This document shows positions 18,322-29,035 of a DNA stretch of 64,000 nucleotides, one piece after another (positions within the stretch are counted from its first letter, which is position 1; every line of letters starts with the position of its first letter). The translations under genes were made by a program, and so were the position numbers. Origin of the DNA: Treponema sp. (GTDB lineage: Bacteria; Spirochaetota; Spirochaetia; Treponematales; Breznakiellaceae); NCBI GenBank assembly GCA_009784775.1, contig WQXQ01000001.1, positions 5,355-69,354 of the forward strand, in the 5' to 3' direction. A model generated the notes under the pieces. It did not search any database, had not been told where the DNA came from, and saw nothing but the letters and a program-made list of their open reading frames with translations.

Positions 18322-21024
18322 TCAATGACCAATTTTCTGCTGTGCTACACGCTGTCTTTCCGCTTCGTGATACTTGTAGTTATCCCAGAATTTGCCATAT
18401 TCGGCAATTACCATGGGAATAAACGAAATCCCAAATGCAATCAGCCAATGATAGCCGTCCATGGCCACAAACCCCAAATTATCCCTTAAAAACGGTATAG
18501 CGATTAAGCCGGCAAGCACAAGGAACATAATACCCGCGCTTATCGGCAATTGGGGGTTATCTTTCAGAGTACGTTTGAAAACGGAAATTCTGCTTCTAAC
18601 CACAAAAATGTGCAATATTGAAGTCCAACCCAATACGATGAAGGCCATTGTCTGCCCCAGTGTGTGCGATGGCATAATAGCGCCGGGAATATTAACAAAT
18701 TTCCCGATGTAAAAACTTGCCAGAACCACAATGCTGCACATAATGGTCTGCTGGATGATAACCTCCATAAGGCCGCCGGCAAAAAAACTTTCGCTCCGGT
18801 CAATGGGTTTTCTGGCCATAATGCGCGTATCGGACTGCTCTTTTGCCAGAGCCATGCCGGGAATACCATCGCCCAACACGTTGATAATCAGCAGCATTAT
18901 AGGCGTTACAATGCCAACCCTTTCATGGGGATGGTCGGGAATACCCCATCCCGAAACCTGCCCAAAAATCATAACGACAATTTCGGAAATATTACATACG
19001 ATCAGGAAGTATACCAGTTTTTTGATATTGGCAAAAACTTTTCGGCCCTCACTGACGGCCTCTACGATTGTCGAGAAATTATCATCGGTCAAGACCATGT
19101 CGGATGCGCTCTTTGCCACTTCCGTTCCATTGATACCCATTGCAACGCCAACATCGGCGGCCTTGAGCGCCGGCGCATCGTTTACACCGTCACCAGTCAT
19201 TGATACAACAGCGCCCTTGGCTTGCCAGGCCTGCACTATGCGGATTTTATCCGACGGCGAAACACGGGCATACACGGAATAATATTCGATACTGTCGAAA
19301 AATTCATCGTCAGAAAGTTTTGACAGTTCTTCGCCGGTAATGATGCCTTCCTTTGCGGTAATAATACCCAATTCCCGGGCAATCGCGGTTGCGGTTACTG
19401 CATGGTCGCCGGTAATCATAACCGTACGAACACCGGCTTTTTTGGCGCGGGCAATTGCCGCCGCCGCTTCCGGCCGCGGAGGATCAATCAATCCGATAAA
19501 GCCCTGAAAATCAAGCTCTGTTTCCAGCTGTTCGATTTCTGCCGGCAGCGCATCTACTTCTTTGGAAGCAAGGGCAATAACGCGCAACGCATCTTCGGCA
19601 AAAGCATTGTGTATATCATTAAGTTCTTTCAGGTAATTCAGGTCTTGTCTATTCTTAAAAGGAATTCGGTCAAAAGCGCCTTTGGTCAATACCAGATACC
19701 ATCCATTTGGTTTTTTCAGAATAGTTGTCATCATTTTTCTTGTTGATGAAAATGGAATTTCGGCAACTTTTTCGTATTCGGTGTTCAGTTGCCCTCTACT
19801 TAATCCCTTTTCAATAGAAAGACGCATAATGGCAGATTCGGTTGGATCGCCGATTATTCTTTCTTCGCCGTTTTCGTTTTTTTCAAGCGTAACATTACTT
19901 GCCAAAAGGTATCTTTTTACCAGTTCAATATGTTCCGGCGAATCGGATTCCGCGTCACTGACAGGCGCGCCGCCGTAAGCCCAAAGCCTCTTGATGGCCA
20001 TTTTGTTTTGGGTAAGCGTTCCTGTTTTGTCAGAGCAAATAACAGAAGTGCTTCCCAATGTTTCAACTGCCTGTAATTTCCGAATAAGGGCATTTTTGCT
20101 GACCATTTTTTTAACGCCGTGGGTAAGCATAAGCGTTACAATAAGGGACAATGTTTCGGGAACCGCCGCAACCGCAAGAGTTACTGCCAGCATAAGCAGG
20201 AACCAAATATCCAGTTCCTGCACAAGGCCAATCATGAAAATGGTAAACGCCGCGACAATCGCAACAGTACTGATGAGCTTGCCCAGTTTATCCAGCCTGA
20301 TCTGCAACGGAGTTTTGTTTTTTCTGGTGTTATTAAGGTAACCGGCAATTTTACCGATTTGCGTATTCATCCCCGTCGAAGTCACTGCCACTTTGGCATG
20401 GCCGCTTACTACGAGACAACCAGAGAAGACCATATTCACCCGATCGCCAACAGGGGCATTTTCCTTGAGCAGGATATCTGTATGTTTCTCAGATGGTTCG
20501 CTTTCACCGGTCAGGGATGATTCATCTACGGCAAAGCTGTCACATTCCAAAATGCGCCCATCCGCCGGCACCAAATCGCCTGTCTTCAATACAATAATGT
20601 CACCCGGAACAACAAAGATGGTATCTATCTCCTGTTTAACGCCGCCCCGGATTACAAAACAAGACGGACTGTTCAACACCGCCAGAGCTTCCAGGGCTTT
20701 TTCGGCGCCGCGTTCCTGCGTAACCGCCAGGATAACATTCATTATGACGATGGAGATAATAACGATGGCCTCAACAAACCCGTGCCCATCTTTCAGCGCC
20801 AGTAAAAAAGAAAGAACCGCAGCCAAAAGCAGTATGATTACCGCAACATCTTTGAGCTGACGTATTATTTGAGAAAAAAGGCTTTCCTTCTTTTTTTCGG
20901 CAAACTTGTTCTGGCCAAATTGCGCTTGCCGTTCATTAACCTCTTCGGCAGCCAAACCTTTCAGGCTGTTTGTTTTGAGTTCTTCCAATACAAGGTTTGT
21001 ATCTTTATTATACCAATTGCTCAA
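18322..21024 (-). CDS. Cation-translocating P-type ATPase (type II, Ca2+-ATPase-like)
   Basis: TGES, DKTGTLT, KGA, DPPR, TGD and GDGVNDAPALK motifs, ~10 TM segments. TTG start 8 nt after the tpiA stop. Confidence 0.93.
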   Translation of the reverse strand: MSNWYNKDTNLVLEELKTNSLKGLAAEEVNERQAQFGQNKFAEKKKESLFSQIIRQLKDVAVIILLLAAVLSFLLALKDGHGFVEAIVIISIVIMNVILAVTQERGAEKALEALAVLNSPSCFVIRGGVKQEIDTIFVVPGDIIVLKTGDLVPADGRILECDSFAVDESSLTGESEPSEKHTDILLKENAPVGDRVNMVFSGCLVVSGHAKVAVTSTGMNTQIGKIAGYLNNTRKNKTPLQIRLDKLGKLISTVAIVAAFTIFMIGLVQELDIWFLLMLAVTLAVAAVPETLSLIVTLMLTHGVKKMVSKNALIRKLQAVETLGSTSVICSDKTGTLTQNKMAIKRLWAYGGAPVSDAESDSPEHIELVKRYLLASNVTLEKNENGEERIIGDPTESAIMRLSIEKGLSRGQLNTEYEKVAEIPFSSTRKMMTTILKKPNGWYLVLTKGAFDRIPFKNRQDLNYLKELNDIHNAFAEDALRVIALASKEVDALPAEIEQLETELDFQGFIGLIDPPRPEAAAAIARAKKAGVRTVMITGDHAVTATAIARELGIITAKEGIITGEELSKLSDDEFFDSIEYYSVYARVSPSDKIRIVQAWQAKGAVVSMTGDGVNDAPALKAADVGVAMGINGTEVAKSASDMVLTDDNFSTIVEAVSEGRKVFANIKKLVYFLIVCNISEIVVMIFGQVSGWGIPDHPHERVGIVTPIMLLIINVLGDGIPGMALAKEQSDTRIMARKPIDRSESFFAGGLMEVIIQQTIMCSIVVLASFYIGKFVNIPGAIMPSHTLGQTMAFIVLGWTSILHIFVVRSRISVFKRTLKDNPQLPISAGIMFLVLAGLIAIPFLRDNLGFVAMDGYHWLIAFGISFIPMVIAEYGKFWDNYKYHEAERQRVAQQKIGH

Positions 21025-21032
21025 ATCACACC

Positions 21033-21785
21033 TTACACAAATTTGGCGATGGGTACAAAGGTTTCCGGTTTAAGGGAAGCGCCGCCAACCAGCGCGCCAT
21101 CAATGTTTTCCTTTGCCATTAATTGAGCGGCATTTTCGGGCTTTACCGATCCGCCGTACTGGATAAGCACTTTTTCCGCCAACTCGGCTCCGTACAGCCT
21201 GGCCAGAACCTTGCGTACAAAGGCATGAACCGCCTCGGCATCTTCCGGCGTTGCCGTTTTTCCCGTACCAATCGCCCAAACCGGCTCGTAGGCAATGACC
21301 ACATTCGCCATTTCCGCCGCAGTGACTCCTTCCAGCCCTTTGACCGTTTGGGTTTCGCACACCGCTTCTACCTTGCCTGCCTCGCGCTCTTCCAGCAGCT
21401 CACCGATGCAGAGTATTACTTCAAAACCGTATTGCAAAGCCAGCTTGACCTTTTTGTTGATCAGCGCATCGTCTTCTTTGTATGTATGCCGCCGCTCGCT
21501 GTGGCCTAAAATGATGGTCTGCACTCCAAGGTCCTTAAGCTGCAGCACCGAAACTTCTCCGGTATGCGCTCCCTGTTCCTCGCAAGCGCAATCCTGCGCC
21601 CCCAGCCGAATATTGGTGCCTTTCACAATGGCCCCAACGGTCTCAAGGCTGGTGAAAGACGGCGCTGCCAGATAGGTATGTTTTCCGTCTTTCAGTTGAT
21701 CAACCAACGCTCTGGCAAGCTCCGCCGACTCAGAACGCGTCTTGTGCATCTTCCAATTGCCTGCTATGTAGTAACTTCTACTCAT
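21033..21785 (-). CDS. tpiA: Triosephosphate isomerase
   Basis: AGNWKM, GHSERR, AYEPVWAIGTG, YGGSV, LVGGASL. Confidence 0.98.
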   Translation of the reverse strand: MSRSYYIAGNWKMHKTRSESAELARALVDQLKDGKHTYLAAPSFTSLETVGAIVKGTNIRLGAQDCACEEQGAHTGEVSVLQLKDLGVQTIILGHSERRHTYKEDDALINKKVKLALQYGFEVILCIGELLEEREAGKVEAVCETQTVKGLEGVTAAEMANVVIAYEPVWAIGTGKTATPEDAEAVHAFVRKVLARLYGAELAEKVLIQYGGSVKPENAAQLMAKENIDGALVGGASLKPETFVPIAKFV

Positions 21786-21797
21786 TATGATACTCCT

Positions 21798-23060
21798 TTA
21801 ACCTCGGCACACTTCGATGCCGGGGAGTTTTTTGCCTTCCAGTAATTCCAGCGATGCGCCGCCGCCGGTACTTACATGGCTCATTTTGGAGGCAAGGCCA
21901 AATTTGTTTACCGCTGCAACGGAATCGCCGCCGCCAACCACGGTAATACAGCCTTTGCCGGTTGCTTCCGCTACCAGCTTTGCCACTTCTTCGGTGCCTT
22001 TGGCAAATGCGTCAAACTCAAATACGCCAACCGGGCCGTTCCACACAATGGTTTTTGCGGTGGCAAGTACTTCCTTGTATTTTGCCAAAGTCTTTGGCCC
22101 CACATCCAGACCCATGAGATTATCGGGTAGATCAAGACCGTCAACCGGAACCGGAACGGCCATTGAATCAAAGCTGGTCGCGCCAATATGATCCACCGGC
22201 AATACAATTTCCGAGCCGGCGCTTTTGGCCGCTGCAAGAATCTTTTTTGCCGTATCAATCTGGTCATCTTCAACCAGGGATTTTCCTACTTTATATCCTT
22301 GCGCCTTCAGGAAGGTGTACGCCATGCCGCCGCCAATAACCAGGGCAGAAGCATTTTGCAACAGGCTTTCCAGTACGGCAATTTTCGATGACACTTTTGC
22401 CCCGCCAATGATCGCCACTAATGGTTTTTGGGGATTGGTGACAATCGGCTCAAGGTAGTTAACTTCTTTTTCCATGAGGAAACCAGCCACGGCTACTGGC
22501 ACAAATTTGGCAATTGACGCGGTAGAGGCATGGTCACGATGGGCCGTGCCAAAGGCATCGTTGACAAATACATCGCCATAAGCGGCAAGTTCCTGCGCCA
22601 GCTTGTCCAGATCGGCCGCTTCTTTGGCGGTTTCTTCTTTGTGGAACCGGGTATTTTCCAGCATAATGACTGAGCCATCAGGCTGGCCTTCGATAAAGGC
22701 CTTTTTGCTGTAGCAGCTATCCTCGCCGGCAAAAATAACCGGCTTGCCCAGCTTTGTTTCCAGGTAGGCGGCAACCGGCGCCATGCGGTGCTTGCCCTTG
22801 ATATAGACAGCCTCGTCAAAAGTTTTACCGTCTTTCTCGGCCTTTTCCTTGGCTTTTTTTGCATCTTTGGAAGGGTCGCCCAAGTGGGACATAAGTGTCA
22901 GGGTTTTTGCCCCCTGATCAAGAATATACTGAATGGTTGGCAGCGCTGCCACAATGCGGGTATCATCCTGCACCACCCCGTCTTTCATCGGCACGTTAAA
23001 ATCGACGCGCATAATGACGCGTTTACCTTTCAGGTCTACAGATTTTACGGTTTTAATCAT
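21798..23060 (-). CDS. pgk: Phosphoglycerate kinase
   Basis: RVDFNVP, SHLG, LENTRF, NDAFGTAHR, GGAKVSSK, GGGDS, STGGGASLE. Confidence 0.98.
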   Translation of the reverse strand: MIKTVKSVDLKGKRVIMRVDFNVPMKDGVVQDDTRIVAALPTIQYILDQGAKTLTLMSHLGDPSKDAKKAKEKAEKDGKTFDEAVYIKGKHRMAPVAAYLETKLGKPVIFAGEDSCYSKKAFIEGQPDGSVIMLENTRFHKEETAKEAADLDKLAQELAAYGDVFVNDAFGTAHRDHASTASIAKFVPVAVAGFLMEKEVNYLEPIVTNPQKPLVAIIGGAKVSSKIAVLESLLQNASALVIGGGMAYTFLKAQGYKVGKSLVEDDQIDTAKKILAAAKSAGSEIVLPVDHIGATSFDSMAVPVPVDGLDLPDNLMGLDVGPKTLAKYKEVLATAKTIVWNGPVGVFEFDAFAKGTEEVAKLVAEATGKGCITVVGGGDSVAAVNKFGLASKMSHVSTGGGASLELLEGKKLPGIEVCRG

Positions 23061-23079
23061 TGTTTTCGCTCCTTAAGAA

Positions 23080-23198
23080 TGGGGAACGGGGACTGGGGAC
23101 TGGGGACTGGGGATAGCTGTTTGTAAGCATAACGTGTTGCTTTTACGCTCAGATTACGAACAACAATCCCTAGTCCCTAGTCCCTAGTCCCCAGTCCC
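23080..23198. repeat. Palindromic MITE/REP-like element with heptamer-repeat arms (GGGGACT)n ... (TAGTCCC)n
   Basis: Inverted arms of tandem 7-mers plus inner TGTTTGTAA/TTACGAACA arms. Flanked by direct repeat TAAGAA at 23074-23079 and 23199-23204. Confidence 0.75.
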
Positions 23199-23208
23199 TA
23201 AGAACTTA

Positions 23209-24294
<1,086 letters not shown>

Positions 24295-24299
24295 CTATA

Positions 24300-24328
24300 A
24301 TGGTAGGTAAAATCGCGGGTTTAGTCAA
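24300..24328 (-). promoter_or_regulatory. Sigma70-like promoter for gap-pgk-tpiA
   Basis: Minus strand TTGACT (24328-24323), 17 nt spacer, TACCAT (24305-24300). Confidence 0.5.
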
Positions 24329-24346
24329 TGGGACAAATCGCCGCGT

Positions 24347-24928
24347 TTAGGTATTTTTTTCCTTGTTTGCAGCCCTGTACGCAGAAAGGTAGTCAAAAAA
24401 CGACAGTGCCGAAAAGAGCACTGATATGCAAAAAACGGCAAAAGCGGCTATTTTGACAGCGGATTGCAGGGATTCGGGGGCGCCAAGACGACACAGGCTG
24501 GAATAGAACAGGGCTATTGCGGCGGCAATGATGTAGGCAACGGTTTTTATCTTGCCGCTTATACGCGCACCCAGGGTAATGCCTTTTTTCAGCATAAGGT
24601 TACGGATAAACAGGATGCCAAATTCGCGGTACAATACCACCAGAAACAGGGCCGCCGGAAATATGCCATCAACCACAAAGCAGAGAAAAGCGGTTAACTG
24701 CATGAGGGTATCGGCAAAGGGGTCAAACAGCTTGCCAAAGTCGCTGGCCTGATTCAGGCGGCGGGCAGCCATACCGTCGAACATATCGGTTAATTCGGCA
24801 ATAACGGCAATTACCCACAGCAATGCCACAACCCAGCCTGCGGGTAAGGGTATGGGCAAAAAGTACACGGCAAAAAACACCGGAGCAAGCGCTATGCGGA
24901 GAAAAGTAATCTTATCGGCCAAGCTCAT
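24347..24928 (-). CDS. pgsA: CDP-diacylglycerol--glycerol-3-phosphate 3-phosphatidyltransferase
   Basis: ADKITFLRI...TDMFDGMAARR...FGKLFDPFAD CDP-alcohol phosphotransferase motif. Confidence 0.88.
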   Translation of the reverse strand: MSLADKITFLRIALAPVFFAVYFLPIPLPAGWVVALLWVIAVIAELTDMFDGMAARRLNQASDFGKLFDPFADTLMQLTAFLCFVVDGIFPAALFLVVLYREFGILFIRNLMLKKGITLGARISGKIKTVAYIIAAAIALFYSSLCRLGAPESLQSAVKIAAFAVFCISVLFSALSFFDYLSAYRAANKEKNT

Positions 24929-24970
24929 GGCTTAGTATACTATGGTAATAATTACCATGACAAGCCCTTA

Positions 24971-26491
24971 TTATTGAATGCAAAGCTGCAGCAACTGTAT
25001 AAAACTATCGAGCTTTTTGCTTTCCGTTGCCATTATCTGCGACAGAGGATCTTTTGAAACAGAATTCAGTTCACGCCAGTTAACTATCACTTCAGGATGT
25101 TTCTTCTGTATGTCTTCTGCCAGGCGTTTCAAATAACTGTCAACAACGGAAAAATGCTGCGTGGCATTGTTGATTAATTCAATCGCTTCTCCGTTGATGC
25201 TGTCAATAATACTGTTGATATACCGTATCTGACTGCGATCCCGATCAACCCGAAGCATCGCTGCTTTTAAGCGCGGGCCATCCGTTCCGTCATCTGAAAG
25301 TGTTTCATCAAAATCGGCTATCTCTCCGGATAGTTCCATCAATTGGTGTACAGCCTCAGACATTTCTTTTGAGAAAGCGTTATTTATCCACTGCCCCCGG
25401 ATAAGCAGAATATCACAAAGCTCGTGAAGTTCTTTTTCAAAATGATCGTTTACGAAAACGGCAAGATAATTCACCCCTTCGGCATATACAAAGTGGGTTA
25501 ACTCTCTTTTTCGGAAACTTTCGCTTTTTGCAACCGAATAATTTTCCAGCCGCTCGAATTCAGCATGATCAAAAATTTCTTTGAGTAATATGGCAATTTG
25601 CTTGTTTCTTTCCGTGCGATTTATTTTGTTTATACATTCCTGCGCTTTGGCAACCCTCGCATCCAGCCAGCCTTCGGCGATATGCTCATCGGGGATTCGG
25701 GGTCTGCATATCCATACCGGATTTTGGCTGCCATATTGCACCATCAATTCCAGTATTTTTGAATTCACAATATCCCGCAGGCCAGTCAGCATTTGGGCAA
25801 ACTGGTTTTCAGAGATTATTTCTTCGCCGGCGCAGATCTTCAGCAATTTAAGAAGAGTCCTCCAGTCATTGTCGGGATTAATGTTCTGGGAAACCGCTAA
25901 AAAATCACCCAAATCTTTTGCCAGCAGCGGCAACTTGACAGGAGAAAATTTCGGTTCTCCGCCAAACGGCCCTTCGGCAAAATTAGGGTCAAATTTCTTA
26001 AGCAGGCCAGGGTAATCAAAATGAGCAAGCTGAAAAAAGACCATCACCAGATTGTAGCTGCGATTTATCCGGTTTCTCCGGTTATCATCAAACTCTGTTT
26101 TCAGTTTATTGATATCCGAACGTATTTGTCCGGTTAATTCTTCCGGAGAAGTCGTTTTGAAACGCTCTTCTATCCCCGTCGGATTGAGCTGTTTGACTAT
26201 GTCGATAATATTGGTGTCGATAAAAGCTTCCAGTACAACCTGCCGCAGCCGGGTTGTTTTGGCAACATCCTTCATAAAGGTTCTGATCGGCAAAATCATT
26301 TTATACAGGGTATGGAAAAACACACCCAGAGACGGATCCGCCTCGTCAGTTTTATGCCGAAAAAACCGACCGTACTTGTTTTCGGCCAGTTCTTTAAGCC
26401 TTTGCCGCAAGATAACTTCTTTATCCGACAGGTTACCGGTATTATCACCAGCAAAAAAAGAAATTACCTTCTCAACCAGATCTTCTGCCAT
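24971..26491 (-). CDS. Conserved spirochaetal hypothetical helical protein (resembles DUF5312 family, from recollection)
   Basis: 506-aa ORF with GGAG RBS. Soluble, helical, no catalytic motif recognised. Confidence 0.6.
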   Translation of the reverse strand: MAEDLVEKVISFFAGDNTGNLSDKEVILRQRLKELAENKYGRFFRHKTDEADPSLGVFFHTLYKMILPIRTFMKDVAKTTRLRQVVLEAFIDTNIIDIVKQLNPTGIEERFKTTSPEELTGQIRSDINKLKTEFDDNRRNRINRSYNLVMVFFQLAHFDYPGLLKKFDPNFAEGPFGGEPKFSPVKLPLLAKDLGDFLAVSQNINPDNDWRTLLKLLKICAGEEIISENQFAQMLTGLRDIVNSKILELMVQYGSQNPVWICRPRIPDEHIAEGWLDARVAKAQECINKINRTERNKQIAILLKEIFDHAEFERLENYSVAKSESFRKRELTHFVYAEGVNYLAVFVNDHFEKELHELCDILLIRGQWINNAFSKEMSEAVHQLMELSGEIADFDETLSDDGTDGPRLKAAMLRVDRDRSQIRYINSIIDSINGEAIELINNATQHFSVVDSYLKRLAEDIQKKHPEVIVNWRELNSVSKDPLSQIMATESKKLDSFIQLLQLCIQ

Positions 26492-26558
26492 ACAAGACTC
26501 CCTATTTAGAGTATATTAACTTAATAATCGGTATTTTGCGAGTCAAAAATTAGCCCAA

Positions 26559-26587
26559 TTTACGCTCTGGACAGCTCTTGTTATAAT
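26559..26587 (+). promoter_or_regulatory. Sigma70-like promoter with extended -10
   Basis: TTTACG (26559-64), 17 nt spacer, TG-n-TATAAT (26582-87) upstream of the gene at 26631. Confidence 0.5.
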
Positions 26588-26630
26588 ATTGTATACTATT
26601 GCTTTGTTATGTTATTTTGAGGAGGATTCC

Positions 26631-27797
26631 GTGAAAAATACACGAAAAATGCCGGCTTTGGTTTTATTACTGGTTTTGACGGGAATAACCCCGCTTTTTG
26701 CCCTTGACGTTAGACTCACTGCGCCGAAATTTGGCATTGACCCAAATGGCAGCCTCGTCGGAAACCCCTCCGCCAATGCAATTGTCAACTGGTTTGATAC
26801 TGAGTTTGCAGCTACCTTTTCAAGAATTCAAGATAGCACGAACGCTAAGGTTGGCAAGATAAAATCCGACCCTGAACAATTAATCGGGGCTTTCGGCAAT
26901 GCTTCCGTATTTGCAAGCGATGGAGCAAGCCAACGGACATTTGGGGGTTATAAGTTCCTGGCTATTACCACCGGCTCCATGTTCGGTTTTAAACTTCCCG
27001 AAAAGCCCTTTACCATCCTAAAAGAAATGGATTCCATAGGCGAAACCGTGAAAAAAGACGGTGATGTACCGGTAGGCCTGAATTTCCAGGCTTTTAATGT
27101 ACAGGCCGGCATTAATGCTTCTAAATTCCTGTTGAAGAACCTGTACCTGGGGCTTAAATTTGGCGTTATGAAGATGGATCTTGAAAACGTATCTTTTAAT
27201 ACGTTTTCCATTGGGGCATTGGGGAATTATCAATTAATACCCCATTTAAATCTGGGCGTGTTTGAGTGGCGGGGAATTAACCTGGGAACCGGCCTTATCT
27301 ATCAGGGAACCAAGTTCTGGTTCGATATTCCGCTGGACCCTGAAACACACAATATAGATATGAGTGCGTTTGACAGCCTTGGCATCACCTGGGGAGCTCC
27401 GGGTAATAAACAGATAACAAAATATTCGACCATCAACATGGACTTGAATGTACATACGATAACCATACCGCTGGAAGCAATGACGGCGATTCGAGTGGTC
27501 GCGGTAAACATACCTTTTGGCGTGGGGATAGATGTCGCGCTTGGAAGCTCCAAGCTAACGACCAGTTTATCAACAGATGTCCGATTTGAAGATTTACCAG
27601 ACGGTTTGATACAAACACAGCCCGCCAATATGACCATGACTATGGGCGGTAACCACCGGCCCGTTTTCTTCAACCCCAAAATTATGACCGGAATTGGTTT
27701 CAATATGGGGCCGATGATTTTTGACATTCCAATTACATTCTATATTAGTGATAATATGGGATATAACATAGGTGTCACGCTGGGGTTCATCTTGTAA
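26631..27797 (+). CDS. Secreted, predicted outer-membrane beta-barrel protein
   Basis: GTG 26631 after GAGGAGG (preferred over 26589). SPase I signal ending PLFA, amphipathic strands, C-terminus YNIGVTLGFIL. Confidence 0.6.
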   Translation: MKNTRKMPALVLLLVLTGITPLFALDVRLTAPKFGIDPNGSLVGNPSANAIVNWFDTEFAATFSRIQDSTNAKVGKIKSDPEQLIGAFGNASVFASDGASQRTFGGYKFLAITTGSMFGFKLPEKPFTILKEMDSIGETVKKDGDVPVGLNFQAFNVQAGINASKFLLKNLYLGLKFGVMKMDLENVSFNTFSIGALGNYQLIPHLNLGVFEWRGINLGTGLIYQGTKFWFDIPLDPETHNIDMSAFDSLGITWGAPGNKQITKYSTINMDLNVHTITIPLEAMTAIRVVAVNIPFGVGIDVALGSSKLTTSLSTDVRFEDLPDGLIQTQPANMTMTMGGNHRPVFFNPKIMTGIGFNMGPMIFDIPITFYISDNMGYNIGVTLGFIL

Positions 27798-27806
27798 ACG
27801 AAAAGC

Positions 27807-28961
27807 ATGCGTATGCTTGATATTATTTGCTATGGACACGGGATTTTCTTTGTAATTTTACAAACCATGCTGATGTTTGGTTTTTTTCGGGAATGGCTGC
27901 GGGACAGGCGTGCGAGTACAGCCAATAACGAACACAAAAAGGTATCGCTTATTATTCCCATCCATAACGAAAGCCATCGTATGGAAGGGTTGCTGCGGAG
28001 TCTGCTTGCGCAGGATTACTTGCTGCACACGGAAATTATTTTTATTGATGATCGCTCAGACGATGCAAGCCCTGCCATGCTTGCCCAGTTTGCGCAAGAT
28101 GCGGCAGATCGGGGCATACATCATTGCAAGATAATCACCCTGACCGAAAATCCGGGGCCAAACTATAAACAATATGCCCTATCGGCAGGCATAGCCGCAG
28201 CGAGCGGGGATTATTTTTTATTTACCGACGGCGACTGCGAGGTACCGCCGGGCTGGATTGGGGCAATGGTCAGCCGTATGAGTGACGAGTCCATTGGCGC
28301 TGTTATTGGCCCGGTATTCAAGAAAAAACAGGGGAAGGGATTTTTTTTCCTGTATCAATGTTATGATCATGTGGTGCGTTATAATTATCTGGCCGGAGCA
28401 ACAGGACTGGGCGCTGCGGGAGGCTGTTTTGGCAATAACCTTATTGTCAGCAAGGCAGCGCTGGATTCTGCCGGCGGTTATAATGCAATCCCTCCCTCCC
28501 CCACCGAAGATGCAGCGCTTATCTCGCTGCTGCGTTCTCGCAGCAAATACCGCATCCACGCCATTGCCCTGCCCGATGCGGCAGTGGAAACCGAGGCCGA
28601 ACAAACATGGCGCGGCTTTATCAATCAAACCCTTCGCTGGAACAATGGCGGTTTGTTCAGCCCCGAACGTATAACCCGTTTTAACTATAATTTGTTAATG
28701 CTTCTCATTTCCACGGGTATTCTTGCCATACCATTGCTGCCTTTTTTCCCCAGCCTTTGGCCGCTGCCCCTTGGCAATTGCATCGTGATGATCATGAACA
28801 CCATTGCCATTTTCGGCCTGTTCCGCACCAAGCTCCCCAAAGGCGGCTTTTTGAATTTGGGTTATGCGCTCACTCTGCTGTTTACTCCGGTGTATTTTAC
28901 GCTGATGACCATCATGGGCTACTGCAGGATAAAGGTACAGTGGAAAGGGAAGCAGGTGTAA
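27807..28961 (+). CDS. Membrane glycosyltransferase family 2
   Basis: SLIIPIHNE, IDDRSDD, FTDGD (DxD), TED, QTLRW (QxxRW), C-terminal TM helices. Confidence 0.9.
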   Translation: MRMLDIICYGHGIFFVILQTMLMFGFFREWLRDRRASTANNEHKKVSLIIPIHNESHRMEGLLRSLLAQDYLLHTEIIFIDDRSDDASPAMLAQFAQDAADRGIHHCKIITLTENPGPNYKQYALSAGIAAASGDYFLFTDGDCEVPPGWIGAMVSRMSDESIGAVIGPVFKKKQGKGFFFLYQCYDHVVRYNYLAGATGLGAAGGCFGNNLIVSKAALDSAGGYNAIPPSPTEDAALISLLRSRSKYRIHAIALPDAAVETEAEQTWRGFINQTLRWNNGGLFSPERITRFNYNLLMLLISTGILAIPLLPFFPSLWPLPLGNCIVMIMNTIAIFGLFRTKLPKGGFLNLGYALTLLFTPVYFTLMTIMGYCRIKVQWKGKQV

Positions 28962-29035
28962 GGCGTAAGCGGTGATACCTTTTTGGAGATCAGTAGATTG
29001 ACAAATAAACAATATTTATACTATAAAGTTACAAT

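Noticed and set aside
23080-23198. CRISPR array or tRNA in the gap-pgk spacer
   Set aside because: The repeats are contiguous 7-mers without spacers, there are no cas genes, and there is no cloverleaf or T-loop consensus.
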